A DNA stretch of 64,000 nt from Sphingomonadales bacterium (GCA_043760355.1 JAYUPC010000139.1:26-64025); one strand, 5' to 3'; positions 1 to 9,263 are shown, counted from the first letter of the stretch. A program made the numbers and translations. Notes: generated from the letters alone by a model not told the origin.

Positions 1-820
1 CCCGCCCCATGAAACTCTCCAAACGTATCGCATAATCGGGATTGCGCAGATACAGATAAAGCTCGTCAAAATCGGCTTTGCTGTCACCCGCAATTGCGAC
101 CACACAATTGCTGCGCGCCAATTGCCATTTCTGTTCCTGCTTACGGGAATTTTTGTCACGCAGCAGCACGATATCTTCATCACGCAATGCAGGGTCATCG
201 CCCTTGCGCAACGCCGCCAATATGGGTGCAGCTGCACTGGCCGTCATATCACCGGTCCACATCACGCGAATACTGCTTTCGCGCAAAATTTGCAGCAGCG
301 GTCCAAAGCCGTTTTGTGGCTCAATCTCTATTTCCGAAGGTGTGCCAGGTGCAATATCAATATCGATCAGAACTGCCATGGGCAGGTTGCCGCAGTATAG
401 CGTGTCTGGCTTCAGCAGTGAAACCTGCTCCACCAGAACGGCCGAGCGCACCGCTTCGCCGCGTTCGCGTATGCTTGCCTGGTCAAGCGCATAACGCGCA
501 AAGGGGACATAGGCATTTTTTATATTGGACCCTGCCAATCGATCAACTGCGCTCAATCCGCCATCTTGTAAAGGCTTAGGGGCTGTTCCTGTCGTTGCAG
601 CCTCTTCAATCGCTGGCACCTCAATACTCTTAGGTTGGACGGGCAGTTGGAGGAGCGGCACGTCTTCCAGTGTCACCTCGGCCTGACGTGTCCGCTTTTT
701 GGCAGCATCAATCTGTTTCTTGCCAATAAGGCCAGCCGCAGCAATCGGGATGACGACAGCGACGCAACCCGACAGAGGCAATGCTCCTGCTAACAGTAAG
801 AGAGCGGCAATCCGGCACAT
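1..820 (-). CDS. Lipoprotein, HAD-like acid phosphatase (class B/C-like); 3' end runs off the window
   Basis: Translated by hand from ATG at 820 (absent from ORF track because there is no stop in the window): MCRIAALLLLAGALPLSGC lipobox, then AVLIDIDIA (DxD) and VAIAGDSKADFDEL (GDxxxDF). Confidence 0.6.
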   Translation of the reverse strand, partial: MCRIAALLLLAGALPLSGCVAVVIPIAAAGLIGKKQIDAAKKRTRQAEVTLEDVPLLQLPVQPKSIEVPAIEEAATTGTAPKPLQDGGLSAVDRLAGSNIKNAYVPFARYALDQASIRERGEAVRSAVLVEQVSLLKPDTLYCGNLPMAVLIDIDIAPGTPSEIEIEPQNGFGPLLQILRESSIRVMWTGDMTASAAAPILAALRKGDDPALRDEDIVLLRDKNSRKQEQKWQLARSNCVVAIAGDSKADFDELYLYLRNPDYAIRLESFMGR

Positions 821-835
821 CTAAAACCAACGCCT

Positions 836-904
836 CTCCGCGTCTCCGCATATTCGCGTAAAACCAGCAATGATTTGTTCACGCGGAGACGCGGAGACGC
901 GGAG
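836..904. repeat. Intergenic inverted repeat built from 8-bp units (GCGGAGAC)
   Basis: ctccgcgtctccgc at 836-849 is the reverse complement of gcggagacgcggag within the array gcggagacgcggagacgcggag at 883-904. Confidence 0.75.
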
Positions 905-912
905 TTTCTGTA

Positions 913-1620
913 TCATGCTGTCGCCCGTTCCCGAACCGTCCTGAATTCGATCTTCTTATTATATGGTGCGCCGATTATTATCCGCTGCACATACACGCCG
1001 GGCAAATGGATGCTGTCTGGATCAAGCGAGCCGACCGGCACCACTTCCTCCACCTCGACCACACAGATCTTGCCACATGTGGCAGCAGGTTGGTTAAAAT
1101 TGCGCGCGGTTTTGCGAAAGATCACGTTGCCGCTTTCATCGGCCTTCCAAGCTTTCACAATGGCGAGATCGGCAAAGATACCGCGTTCGAGGATATAGTC
1201 CTCTCCGTCAAAACTCTTGGTCTCTTTACCCTCAGCCACCAATGTGCCAACGCCCGTTTTGGTATAGAAACCCGGTATCCCGGCTCCCCCGGCCCGCATC
1301 CGTTCAGCCAGCGTCCCTTGCGGACTGAATTCGACCTCCAGCTCGCCAGCGAGATATTGCCGCTCGAACTCTTTGTTTTCGCCAACATAAGAGGAGATCA
1401 TTTTCTTCACCTGGCGACTCCGAAGAAGCTTGCCGATCCCCTCCCCGTCGATCCCGGCATTGTTCGACGCAAAGGTAAGCCCCGTCACACCGCTTTCCAC
1501 AATCGCATCGAGCAAACGTTCGGGCAGGCCGCACAGGCCAAAGCCACCGGACGCGATCAGCATGTCGTTGGTTAGAATGCCGTCAAGTGCGGCGGTCGCA
1601 TTGGGGTATAGCTTTTTCAT
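913..1620 (-). CDS. scoA: 3-oxoacid CoA-transferase subunit A
   Basis: GGFGLCGLPE, SNNAG, SYVGENKEFERQ, PQGTLAERMRAGGAGIPGFYT motifs; start moved to MKKLYP at 1620. Confidence 0.9.
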   Translation of the reverse strand: MKKLYPNATAALDGILTNDMLIASGGFGLCGLPERLLDAIVESGVTGLTFASNNAGIDGEGIGKLLRSRQVKKMISSYVGENKEFERQYLAGELEVEFSPQGTLAERMRAGGAGIPGFYTKTGVGTLVAEGKETKSFDGEDYILERGIFADLAIVKAWKADESGNVIFRKTARNFNQPAATCGKICVVEVEEVVPVGSLDPDSIHLPGVYVQRIIIGAPYNKKIEFRTVRERATA

Positions 1621-2270
1621 GGGCGGGAGAAGTCCATTTCTAACAAGTGTCCAAGCTCTATAAGCGCCTGCTCCCCGCTTGTCACCTTGATCGCTGCCAT
1701 ACCAAGGGCCGCGGCAGGTTTGCAATTGATGCCGAGATCGTCGAGATAGATGCAGGTAGCTGGCTCAACCTCCAATGCCGAACACATCATCTGGTAAATA
1801 AGCGAATCGGGTTTGCGGATACCTACCTTGCTAGATTCGATAACATGATCGAAACGCGCCAATATGTCTTCGATGGCAGCGGCTTTTTCAGCACTGCCTG
1901 CCATACCAGCGCCCTTTCCGGACGGCACATTGTTGGTGATGCAGCCAAGCCCAAAGCCTTCGGATTTCAACTGATCGAGCGCGGCCACCATATCCGGGCG
2001 GATATCGCCCGACAGGCAGGCAATAACCGATGCGCCATCAAGGATGTGGCCAAGTGCTTGCGCCTCGGCAGCGAACAGTAGGTCAAACTCCCCCGCGCCG
2101 ATTTCTGCCCGTTCAAACCTGGCCCAGGCATTGTTGTCGGGGTTTGCCGAATTAACCGAACGCACAAAACCATGCGGCAAACCGCGCTTGGACTCCATAG
2201 CGTTAAACGCCTCGAACGGCGATGATGTAATCACCCCGCCAAAATCGAATATAACAGAGGTAAATGCCAT
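1617..2270 (-). CDS. HAD-IA family hydrolase (epoxide hydrolase N-terminal phosphatase-like)
   Basis: VIFDFGGV, GCITNN, ESSKVGIRKPD, YLDDLGINCKPA; start at MAFTS 2270. Confidence 0.85.
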   Translation of the reverse strand: MAFTSVIFDFGGVITSSPFEAFNAMESKRGLPHGFVRSVNSANPDNNAWARFERAEIGAGEFDLLFAAEAQALGHILDGASVIACLSGDIRPDMVAALDQLKSEGFGLGCITNNVPSGKGAGMAGSAEKAAAIEDILARFDHVIESSKVGIRKPDSLIYQMMCSALEVEPATCIYLDDLGINCKPAAALGMAAIKVTSGEQALIELGHLLEMDFSRP

Positions 2271-2278
2271 ATTGTTCC

Positions 2279-2974
2279 TCAGGCGACCGATGTTCCAAAC
2301 AGCGATCCAATCGCTGCGGTAGCAGCCATAGCGAACGTACCCCAAAAGGTTACACGTAAAACCGCTTTGCCAACGGGCGCGCCGCCCACTTTCGCACCCA
2401 CCGCACCAAGGATTGCCAAGAACAACAATGCTGCAATTGACACTGACCAGCTAATGTAAACCACAGGTGAAATTGGCACCATCGCCAGAGGCATCGATGC
2501 GCCAACAGCAAAAGCTGCCGCTGACGCCAGCGCCGCTTGCACCGGACGGGCGGTCATATGCGAAGTGATACCGAGTTCGTCGCGCAGATGGGTGCCAATT
2601 GCATCATACGCGGTCAACGCATTAGCTACTTCCTCTGCTAGAGCTTGATCGAGACCCCGTGCTTTGTAAATACCGATCAGCTCTTCACGTTCTTTATCAG
2701 GAATGGAAGCAAGTTCATTTTCTTCACGCTCACGGTCAGCGCGCTCGGTATCGGATTGGGAGCTTACTGACACATATTCGCCAGCCGCCATCGACATCGC
2801 GCCTGCGACCAGACCTGCACTACCTGTCAACAGTATACTGGCTGGCGAAGCTTGAGCTGCGGCGACACCGACAATCAGGCTCGCTGTCGATACAATGCCG
2901 TCATTCGCGCCCAGAACAGCAGCCCGGAGCCAACCAGTACGGTCGATTAAATGGGCCTCTTTATGTTTTGGCAT
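2279..2974 (-). CDS. VIT1/CCC1 family iron/manganese transporter
   Basis: WLRAAVLGANDGIVS and AGAMSMAAGEYVSVSSQ signatures. Confidence 0.92.
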   Translation of the reverse strand: MPKHKEAHLIDRTGWLRAAVLGANDGIVSTASLIVGVAAAQASPASILLTGSAGLVAGAMSMAAGEYVSVSSQSDTERADREREENELASIPDKEREELIGIYKARGLDQALAEEVANALTAYDAIGTHLRDELGITSHMTARPVQAALASAAAFAVGASMPLAMVPISPVVYISWSVSIAALLFLAILGAVGAKVGGAPVGKAVLRVTFWGTFAMAATAAIGSLFGTSVA

Positions 2975-2993
2975 TGCTCCGTTCCGCTCCGCT

Positions 2994-3917
2994 TCAATAT
3001 TGCAGCTTCAACCCCGGCCGTGCCCAGCGGGTCTTCACCAGCCGTCCGCTCCCTGAAAGCGTAATATAAGCGTCCATTCTATCGGGGCCGCCCCAACAGA
3101 TATTTGTGGTAAAGATATCATCCGTTGCGACAAATTCGACCAGTTTCCCGGCTGGCGAGATCACGGAAATCCCGCACTCGCCGATTGTGGCCACACAGAT
3201 ATTACCGCACTCTTCAACACCGAGCGAATCGAAAAACTTGTAACCTGCGGGACGGTAGACCGGGATGCCGGGGCCTCCGGGACCTGCGGCATCATCGACC
3301 TTACCCGGGGCAATTACGTTAAATGCGGTAAGCCTGCACGTATAGGTTTCGGCGGCATAGAGTGTCTTGCCATCGGGTGACAGGCCGACACCATTGGGGT
3401 TATAGCTGGGGAAAATGACCTCTTCCAAATGGCTGCCATCGATCTTGCCATAGAATATGCCGACAATATCATGACAGCGGGTGGCAAAATTCTGTTTACC
3501 GTGATCGGTGAACCAAAAGCCGCCATGTGCGTCGAACACGATGTCATTGGGACCACGCAACACACAGCCAAAATCACCGGATTTATAGAGCGTCTCAACC
3601 GCGCCGCTCTCAATATCAATCCGCTGGATCGATCCGCCCGAATAATCATGCGCGATCCCGTGGGGGGCCAAATACCCGTTCGCCTCGACATATTCAAAGC
3701 CGCCATTGTTACAGCAATAAAGTGCGCCATCGGGTCCGACCGCAAGCCCGTTTGGTCCGCCGCCGGTGTGCGCTACCAACGACTTTGTTCCATCAGGCGC
3801 AATCCGCGTAATTCGCTTAGCCTCAATCTCGGTCAGGATAATGGTGCCATCGGGCATCGCCACCGGCCCTTCAGGAAAACGTAACCCATCGGTTACCAGT
3901 TCAAATGCTCCCATCAT
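2994..3917 (-). CDS. SMP-30/gluconolactonase/LRE family protein
   Basis: GLRFPEGPV, GGPNGLA, PNDIVFD, PNGVGLSPDG beta-propeller motifs. Confidence 0.9.
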   Translation of the reverse strand: MMGAFELVTDGLRFPEGPVAMPDGTIILTEIEAKRITRIAPDGTKSLVAHTGGGPNGLAVGPDGALYCCNNGGFEYVEANGYLAPHGIAHDYSGGSIQRIDIESGAVETLYKSGDFGCVLRGPNDIVFDAHGGFWFTDHGKQNFATRCHDIVGIFYGKIDGSHLEEVIFPSYNPNGVGLSPDGKTLYAAETYTCRLTAFNVIAPGKVDDAAGPGGPGIPVYRPAGYKFFDSLGVEECGNICVATIGECGISVISPAGKLVEFVATDDIFTTNICWGGPDRMDAYITLSGSGRLVKTRWARPGLKLQY

Positions 3918-4256
3918 CTTTCTCCCTTTCTATTTCTCAAAACGCACTGAAAACTGACAACGCTCGGTTTCCGGTAATATAATGAGTCCGTTTATAAATA
4001 CAGGTATCATCTGTAATGGCAGCATCCCTATTGGCGGGCAAAAAGCTGATCCCATATGATAAGTTCAGCTGTCGTATAGCTGTACCAACCTTGCGAGATA
4101 GTCCGATCAACAGCATTTTCTGATGGATAAATAATGTCGAAGTTAGCCATTTGCATATTATGGCATAAATGAAGAAAATATATATCTCAATATTTTGACC
4201 TGATATTTTCGTCCGATCTTTGAGGCATCAAGAAATCAATCAAGGCGTTGAAGTCG

Positions 4257-5537
4257 CTAATCCGTATCATAATGCCCATAAAAACGCCGGAGTACCAACC
4301 AGACAAGCACCACTATAAACGGTGCCATTATTCCTCCGGCGAGTGTGGGGTCAAAGCGAGGAGACACATGCTGCATGGCTTTCAAAACATACACACATAT
4401 GCCGAGCAAATAATAAGAAATGGCAATTACCGAGAAACCTTCTACCGCTCTTTGAAGACGCAATTGCATGTCCGCACGACGATCCATTGAGGCGAGCAAC
4501 GCCGCGCTCGATTCTTCGGCGGCAACCTCAACGCGGGTATTCAACATATCTTCAGTTCGTGCGATGCGTTCAATAGCAACCTGTGCCCGCCGTGCCACTG
4601 TTTCGCAGGTACGCATTGCCGGAGCCAGCCGCCGTTCCATAAACGCGCCCAATGTTTGCAAACCATCTATCGGTTCTTCCTGCAGATTCTCGATCCTGTC
4701 ACGTACGATTTCATGATATGCAGCCCCTGCGCCAAAGCGGAAGCTGGACTGTGCGATAAGCGCTTCTGTTTCTCCGGCGAGCTTTGCCAGATCGCCCAAC
4801 AGACGACGGTCTTGATCGGCATTACCTTCCTGTGCGATCTCTGCGGCCAATTCGCTTGCGCGTGCTTCAATCCGGATCAATTGCCGACTAATCTCACCCG
4901 CCAAAGGAAACGCCAGTAGTGCCATGAGCCGGTACGTCTCTATCTCCAATAGCAAAAGGACAATGCGGCCAATAAGGTCTTCGTCTTTGGTAGCAGCCAT
5001 TACCAGAAATCGAGTCATACCATTGGCATCGGGCCGCAGGTCAGTAAAAACCGAAGCCTTATCGTCAAGTATCTTGACGCCAATCGTATCAACGCCCTCA
5101 ATAAATGCCGGGGATGGTTTTTGTTGCGAAGACACAAACGCCAGATTTGTCGCAACCAGAACCTCACCCGGCAAATTGTCCAACCAATCAACCGGCGCCA
5201 GATCAAGCCCGGTTTCTAAAAAAGGATCGCTTCGAGTCGGCGTACGAAAAAATGTCCATGTGGAAAATTCGGTATGTCGCTCCCAACGCACCTTCCATGA
5301 ACCCGCATCTAAAACGCACCATTTGCTCGCAGGACTGGGTTCGCTTTGACCTAATCGTCGGCACAGCGTCACTATATGCTGATAATCGACCAAAGCGCCA
5401 TTTTCGCCTGAGACGGTCGCAATACGCGTTGCCAGTATAGGCGGCGAAAGCGATGTTGATGGCCGTGCATGTACCTCCGCCAAAAGCTGGTCGCGCAAGG
5501 GATGAAACCGCCAGCGGCGTTGTGTAGGTGAGGTCAC
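4257..5537 (-). CDS. DUF3422 family membrane-anchored protein
   Basis: HPLRDQLLAEVHARP, RWERHTEFSTWTF, LLEIETYRLMALL, QLRLQRAVEGFSVIAISYY; GTG start at 5537. Confidence 0.88.
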   Translation of the reverse strand: MTSPTQRRWRFHPLRDQLLAEVHARPSTSLSPPILATRIATVSGENGALVDYQHIVTLCRRLGQSEPSPASKWCVLDAGSWKVRWERHTEFSTWTFFRTPTRSDPFLETGLDLAPVDWLDNLPGEVLVATNLAFVSSQQKPSPAFIEGVDTIGVKILDDKASVFTDLRPDANGMTRFLVMAATKDEDLIGRIVLLLLEIETYRLMALLAFPLAGEISRQLIRIEARASELAAEIAQEGNADQDRRLLGDLAKLAGETEALIAQSSFRFGAGAAYHEIVRDRIENLQEEPIDGLQTLGAFMERRLAPAMRTCETVARRAQVAIERIARTEDMLNTRVEVAAEESSAALLASMDRRADMQLRLQRAVEGFSVIAISYYLLGICVYVLKAMQHVSPRFDPTLAGGIMAPFIVVLVWLVLRRFYGHYDTD

Positions 5538-5562
5538 GTTTTTTCGGCCCGATTCTCTTTGG

Positions 5563-6078
5563 CTAAATAAACTTGAACAATGCAACCATGATGAGCGTGT
5601 AAATCATTACAGCCCCGATAAGGATCGGAACAGGCGCATAGCTGCCGCGCATTGTCTCGCCAGCTTTATCACGGATGTTAAGCAGGAGTTCAGGCCATGT
5701 AAAAGAAACAAAATCCCCTTGGGACAATAAGTTAATCAACCGCCCATCGGCATCAACCACGGGCAAGTGACGGAAGCGTTCGTTTGACATTTGGCGCAAC
5801 CAGTCGATCACTTGATCGTCGGGACTGGCGGTTTTAACCTCGCTCGTCATGATGGCCGATAACGGTGTTTTCTTGGCATCCAAACTACCGCTCAGCAAAC
5901 GCCGCATCAGATCGCGTTCGGTGACAATGCCTTCGACCCTGCGATCAGCATCTAGGATCACAACAGATCCGATATTTTTTTCGGCCATGGTTTGTACGGC
6001 TGTGTACACCATATCGCTGGCTTTTAATGTAAAGGGATTTGGTTTATTTTTGAATTCAGGACGATCTTTGATTTTCAT
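5563..6078 (-). CDS. CBS-pair protein with C-terminal hydrophobic helix
   Basis: GIVTERDL and FRHLPVVD CBS motifs; hydrophobic tail PILIGAVMIYTLIMVALF. Confidence 0.85.
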   Translation of the reverse strand: MKIKDRPEFKNKPNPFTLKASDMVYTAVQTMAEKNIGSVVILDADRRVEGIVTERDLMRRLLSGSLDAKKTPLSAIMTSEVKTASPDDQVIDWLRQMSNERFRHLPVVDADGRLINLLSQGDFVSFTWPELLLNIRDKAGETMRGSYAPVPILIGAVMIYTLIMVALFKFI

Positions 6079-6327
6079 TGGGGACTCCTCCATCGGCCAT
6101 CCGCAATATAGCTATTTGGCTTTTGGTGCATGGAGCTGTGCTCCCGTCACACATGTTTTATGCTTTGGTTCATGAAGAGCGTCAACAAAACAATGCTGTC
6201 TTATTTATACTGTTCGCGCCGATCCCCGAAATAACGAACACGCTAACGCCAAGCCCGGTAGCTGCTTGCTTTCAAATTGTGGCGCATTAATGTTCGTATC
6301 AATCCTATATTACAATGTGACCGCGGT

Positions 6328-7500
6328 TTACGAAGCGAAACTTTGTATGAAGTCTTTACGCCTAAGAACCTTGTGATTTTGACGCTTCGCTGCATACAGT
6401 GCCGTATCGGCTGCATGGAGCATCGCTTCGACATTAGCTCCATCTTCTGGATGCTGCGCATAACCAACGCTCGCTGCTATGGGCAGGCGGTTACCCATGA
6501 TGTCGACTGGCTGGCATAAAGTTGCGAGCATTACGGTTGTTCGTGCGGATATTTCGTTGGCTTGGGTCAAACCGCGCATCAGCACGATGAATTCGTCACC
6601 ACCCAGTCGCCCGACGGTGTCGCCTTTGCTGGCCGCAGCAGATAGACGCTCGGCCACTTTCTGCAGCATGATGTCACCGGCATGATGCCCCATCTGGTCA
6701 TTGATTCCCTTAAACCCGTCAAGGTCAAGCAAGGCTACGCCAAAACTCTCTGCCTCTGCTTCAAATGTCGTCAATGCCGCGTCCAATTCGGACATGATCG
6801 CACGGCGATTGGCAAGACCGGTGAGCGAATCGGTATTGGCAAGCTCGCGGATTTGATGTTCAAGGAATAATGATGCGATCAGGTTGTCATATTGTTCACT
6901 GACAAATCGAATCATAAGCACGGCAACACTGAACATCGCGACCGCAAGCATCGCGGCATCGAAACTTCCAAAGACTATCATAGCAATCGAGGTCGGAAAA
7001 ATACCTATGACGAGCGTTCCTATTGCGGCTGGACGCAGCGTGTAAAGACAGTGCGCAATTGATGTTGCACCAAAGCCCAGAGAAACGGGGATCAACAGCA
7101 TCGATTGAAACGTACCGGCAATAAACGTCGCAGTCGTCGCAAATCCCAAAAATGCCATCATGGCGAGCGGTACGGCAATGTTGATCCTGAGCAGCCGGGG
7201 GATATCGGCGGTAGGCACCGGCCGCTTGGACCGCCGCCACCAAACAGAAATGCGGACGACGCAATGTAGAATAAGCAAAGACATCCACGAATAATTGCGC
7301 ACCGGAATGCCGTCATGCGCACATACCGCCATGATAATCAATATGTTAAGCGCCGCAACGCAAAGCAGCATCGGCACTTGCTTGCGCACGCTATTGAACT
7401 GCGCCTGATGCAGGGCAGCGCTGATCTCTTCGGGAGCGTGCGGAAAAACCCAAGCGCGCAGCCTTTGCAAGCGATCAAGGATTGCGACCCTGCTGTTCAA
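6328..7500 (-). CDS. Membrane-bound diguanylate cyclase (GGDEF)
   Basis: Multiple N-terminal TM segments, DSLTGLANRR, LLDLDGFKGIND, RLGGDEF; start uncertain. Confidence 0.9.
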   Translation of the reverse strand: MNSRVAILDRLQRLRAWVFPHAPEEISAALHQAQFNSVRKQVPMLLCVAALNILIIMAVCAHDGIPVRNYSWMSLLILHCVVRISVWWRRSKRPVPTADIPRLLRINIAVPLAMMAFLGFATTATFIAGTFQSMLLIPVSLGFGATSIAHCLYTLRPAAIGTLVIGIFPTSIAMIVFGSFDAAMLAVAMFSVAVLMIRFVSEQYDNLIASLFLEHQIRELANTDSLTGLANRRAIMSELDAALTTFEAEAESFGVALLDLDGFKGINDQMGHHAGDIMLQKVAERLSAAASKGDTVGRLGGDEFIVLMRGLTQANEISARTTVMLATLCQPVDIMGNRLPIAASVGYAQHPEDGANVEAMLHAADTALYAAKRQNHKVLRRKDFIQSFAS

Positions 7501-7722
7501 AATTTGCCCCCGGACGGCAAAACGCCGTGAGCAGAATACCTAGTGCAATGATAGTAAAGATCGAATGAACATATGGCTCAAAAACGAGGGCCAAGCGCAG
7601 TTAAGTGCACCTTCGGAGCGTCCCGTTTTAAGATAGGTTGAAGCAATTTACACGCCTACCCTATGGACTTCCCACATATGCAAGCTAAGCTGTGCAATTC
7701 ATGATCCTAGGGAGGGTATATA

Positions 7723-8325
7723 ATGGGACCGGGTAGCAAAATTTTATTAGGTGCAGGTGCCGCAGCTTTGCTGGGTGCTTTGACACATAGCGTGACATGC
7801 GGCGACAGCGCTTATGCCAGCGGGACAAACAGAACAGCGGATGGCGCGTCAACAGAAGGTGCCTCGGCTGTTGCGACACCAGCTGCTGTGCCCGCGACCA
7901 AAGAAGCTGTTGCCGAATGCCAGACCGACATCAACACACTGATGACGGGCAAAGCCGTTAATTTCCAATCGGGCAGCGCGTATTTGGCGCCTGAAAGCAG
8001 CAAATTGCTTGCCGATGTTGCCACAGCGCTGAAGCCCTGCACCGGCACACAGATTGAGGTACAAGGCCATACCGACCTGATCGGTAATGCCGACATCAAC
8101 CAAAATCTGTCACAAGCCCGCGCTGAAAGCGTGGTCAAAGCCTTGGTCGATCAAGGCGTACCGGCGATGCAATTGACTGCCAAAGGCTATGGCTTGACCC
8201 AACCACTTGAAAACGCGCGGACCTCGCAAGCCAATGCCAAGAACCGGCGCACAGTTTTTGCTGTCACCGCAGCTGGCGCAGCAGCAGGTGCCACACCAAC
8301 CGCAACCCCGGCAGGAGGACAATAA
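7723..8325 (+). CDS. OmpA family peptidoglycan-binding protein with N-terminal anchor
   Basis: VNFQSGSA, IEVQGHTD, NQNLSQARAESV, KGYG, NRRTVF. Confidence 0.9.
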   Translation: MGPGSKILLGAGAAALLGALTHSVTCGDSAYASGTNRTADGASTEGASAVATPAAVPATKEAVAECQTDINTLMTGKAVNFQSGSAYLAPESSKLLADVATALKPCTGTQIEVQGHTDLIGNADINQNLSQARAESVVKALVDQGVPAMQLTAKGYGLTQPLENARTSQANAKNRRTVFAVTAAGAAAGATPTATPAGGQ

Positions 8326-8326
8326 G

Positions 8327-8419
8327 ATGCTAATGTCGATCATAGCTTTGCTCATCACCTTTGCCATTGGTTTGGCTCTAGGTTGGTTGATTTTCAATAA
8401 CAGCGCTGACAGCGTCTGA
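8327..8419 (+). CDS. 30-aa single-pass membrane peptide
   Basis: MLMSIIALLITFAIGLALGWLIFNNSADSV; GGAGG Shine-Dalgarno just upstream; starts 1 nt after the ompA stop. Confidence 0.65.
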   Translation: MLMSIIALLITFAIGLALGWLIFNNSADSV

Positions 8420-8445
8420 TCACAGGAATATTGAGGGGAAATTTG

Positions 8446-9213
8446 ATGTTGGAAATATTTTGTGGAGCCTGGTGGCCCTATCTGCTCGCATTCCTGATCG
8501 GCCTTGCTACGGCGTATTGGGTTTGGTCCCGTTCTGGCAGTACACGTGTCGCAGAACCATTGGCAAAGGCCGTACCTGAACCAGTTACCGCGCCAATTGC
8601 TGCGTCTGAACCCGTCGCTAAAGTTCCGGTTGCTGCGGCTGTTGCAGCGGTGCCATTGATGGCTGCTGTTGCTGCAAAACCAAAAGCAGCGCCAAAGCCA
8701 AAAGTGGCACCGGTCAAGAAAGTAGCTGTAAAGGCTGCTGCGCCAAAACCAGTTATTAAACCGCCAGTTGTTAAACCAGTAGCAGTACTCAAAGCAGCTG
8801 CGCCAAAAGCTAAGGTTGCGGCGGTTGCTGCACCTAAAGTCGTGGCTCCAAAGGCAAAAGCGCCGGCAGTCAAGCTGACAGCAGTGGCAAAACCCAAAGC
8901 GGTAGCGAAGCCTAAGGCAGCGGCGAAGCCAAAGGCAGCGGCGAAACCGCGTATTCCGGATAATCTGGAATTGCTAAAAGGCGTTGGGCCCAAGCTGAAC
9001 GCTTTGCTTAAATCACTTGGCATCACGACATTTGATCAGGTCGCCAATTGGACCGCTCCCGATATCGCCGATGTTGATTCCAAACTTGGCAATTTCGCCG
9101 GACGAATTGGTCGCGATAACTGGGTCGATCAAGCCAAGCTGCTTGTCAAAGAAGACGTCGCCGGATTTGAAAAGAAATACGGATCACTTGGCAGCGAAAT
9201 CAACAAAGGTTGA
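8446..9213 (+). CDS. Membrane-anchored Lys/Ala/Pro-rich protein with C-terminal COG3743-like helix-hairpin-helix domain
   Basis: TM WWPYLLAFLIGLATAYWVW, AKPKAA repeats, DNLELLKGVGPKLNALLKSLGITTFDQVANW...RIGRDNWVDQAK. Confidence 0.8.
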   Translation: MLEIFCGAWWPYLLAFLIGLATAYWVWSRSGSTRVAEPLAKAVPEPVTAPIAASEPVAKVPVAAAVAAVPLMAAVAAKPKAAPKPKVAPVKKVAVKAAAPKPVIKPPVVKPVAVLKAAAPKAKVAAVAAPKVVAPKAKAPAVKLTAVAKPKAVAKPKAAAKPKAAAKPRIPDNLELLKGVGPKLNALLKSLGITTFDQVANWTAPDIADVDSKLGNFAGRIGRDNWVDQAKLLVKEDVAGFEKKYGSLGSEINKG

Positions 9214-9230
9214 TTTGTAGTCTGATTTGG

Positions 9231-9263
9231 AAAACCGCGCCCTTCAAAAGGCGCGGTTTTTTT
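9231..9263. terminator. Bidirectional intrinsic terminator
   Basis: aaaaccgcgcc-cttcaaaa-ggcgcggttttttt between convergent genes. Confidence 0.85.

Noticed and set aside
78-579. Plus-strand ORFs of 138, 161 and 92 aa
   Set aside because: Antisense shadows of the minus-strand lipoprotein gene; no recognisable motifs.
3918-4256. AT-rich 340-bp intergenic region as a possible sRNA or mobile remnant
   Set aside because: Only weak short palindromes; most simply the promoter region of the gluconolactonase gene.
6328-7500. GGDEF protein lacks the RxxD inhibitory site (SKGD)
   Set aside because: Common variation; not enough to count as unusual.
8478-9026. 182-aa Ala/Gly/Phe-rich minus-strand ORF
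   Set aside because: Reverse-frame artefact of the AKPKAA repeats.
9231-9263. Terminator shares the loop cttcaaa with the rpsT terminator at 43665
   Set aside because: Stems differ and only two cases; probably coincidence or a generic stable loop.
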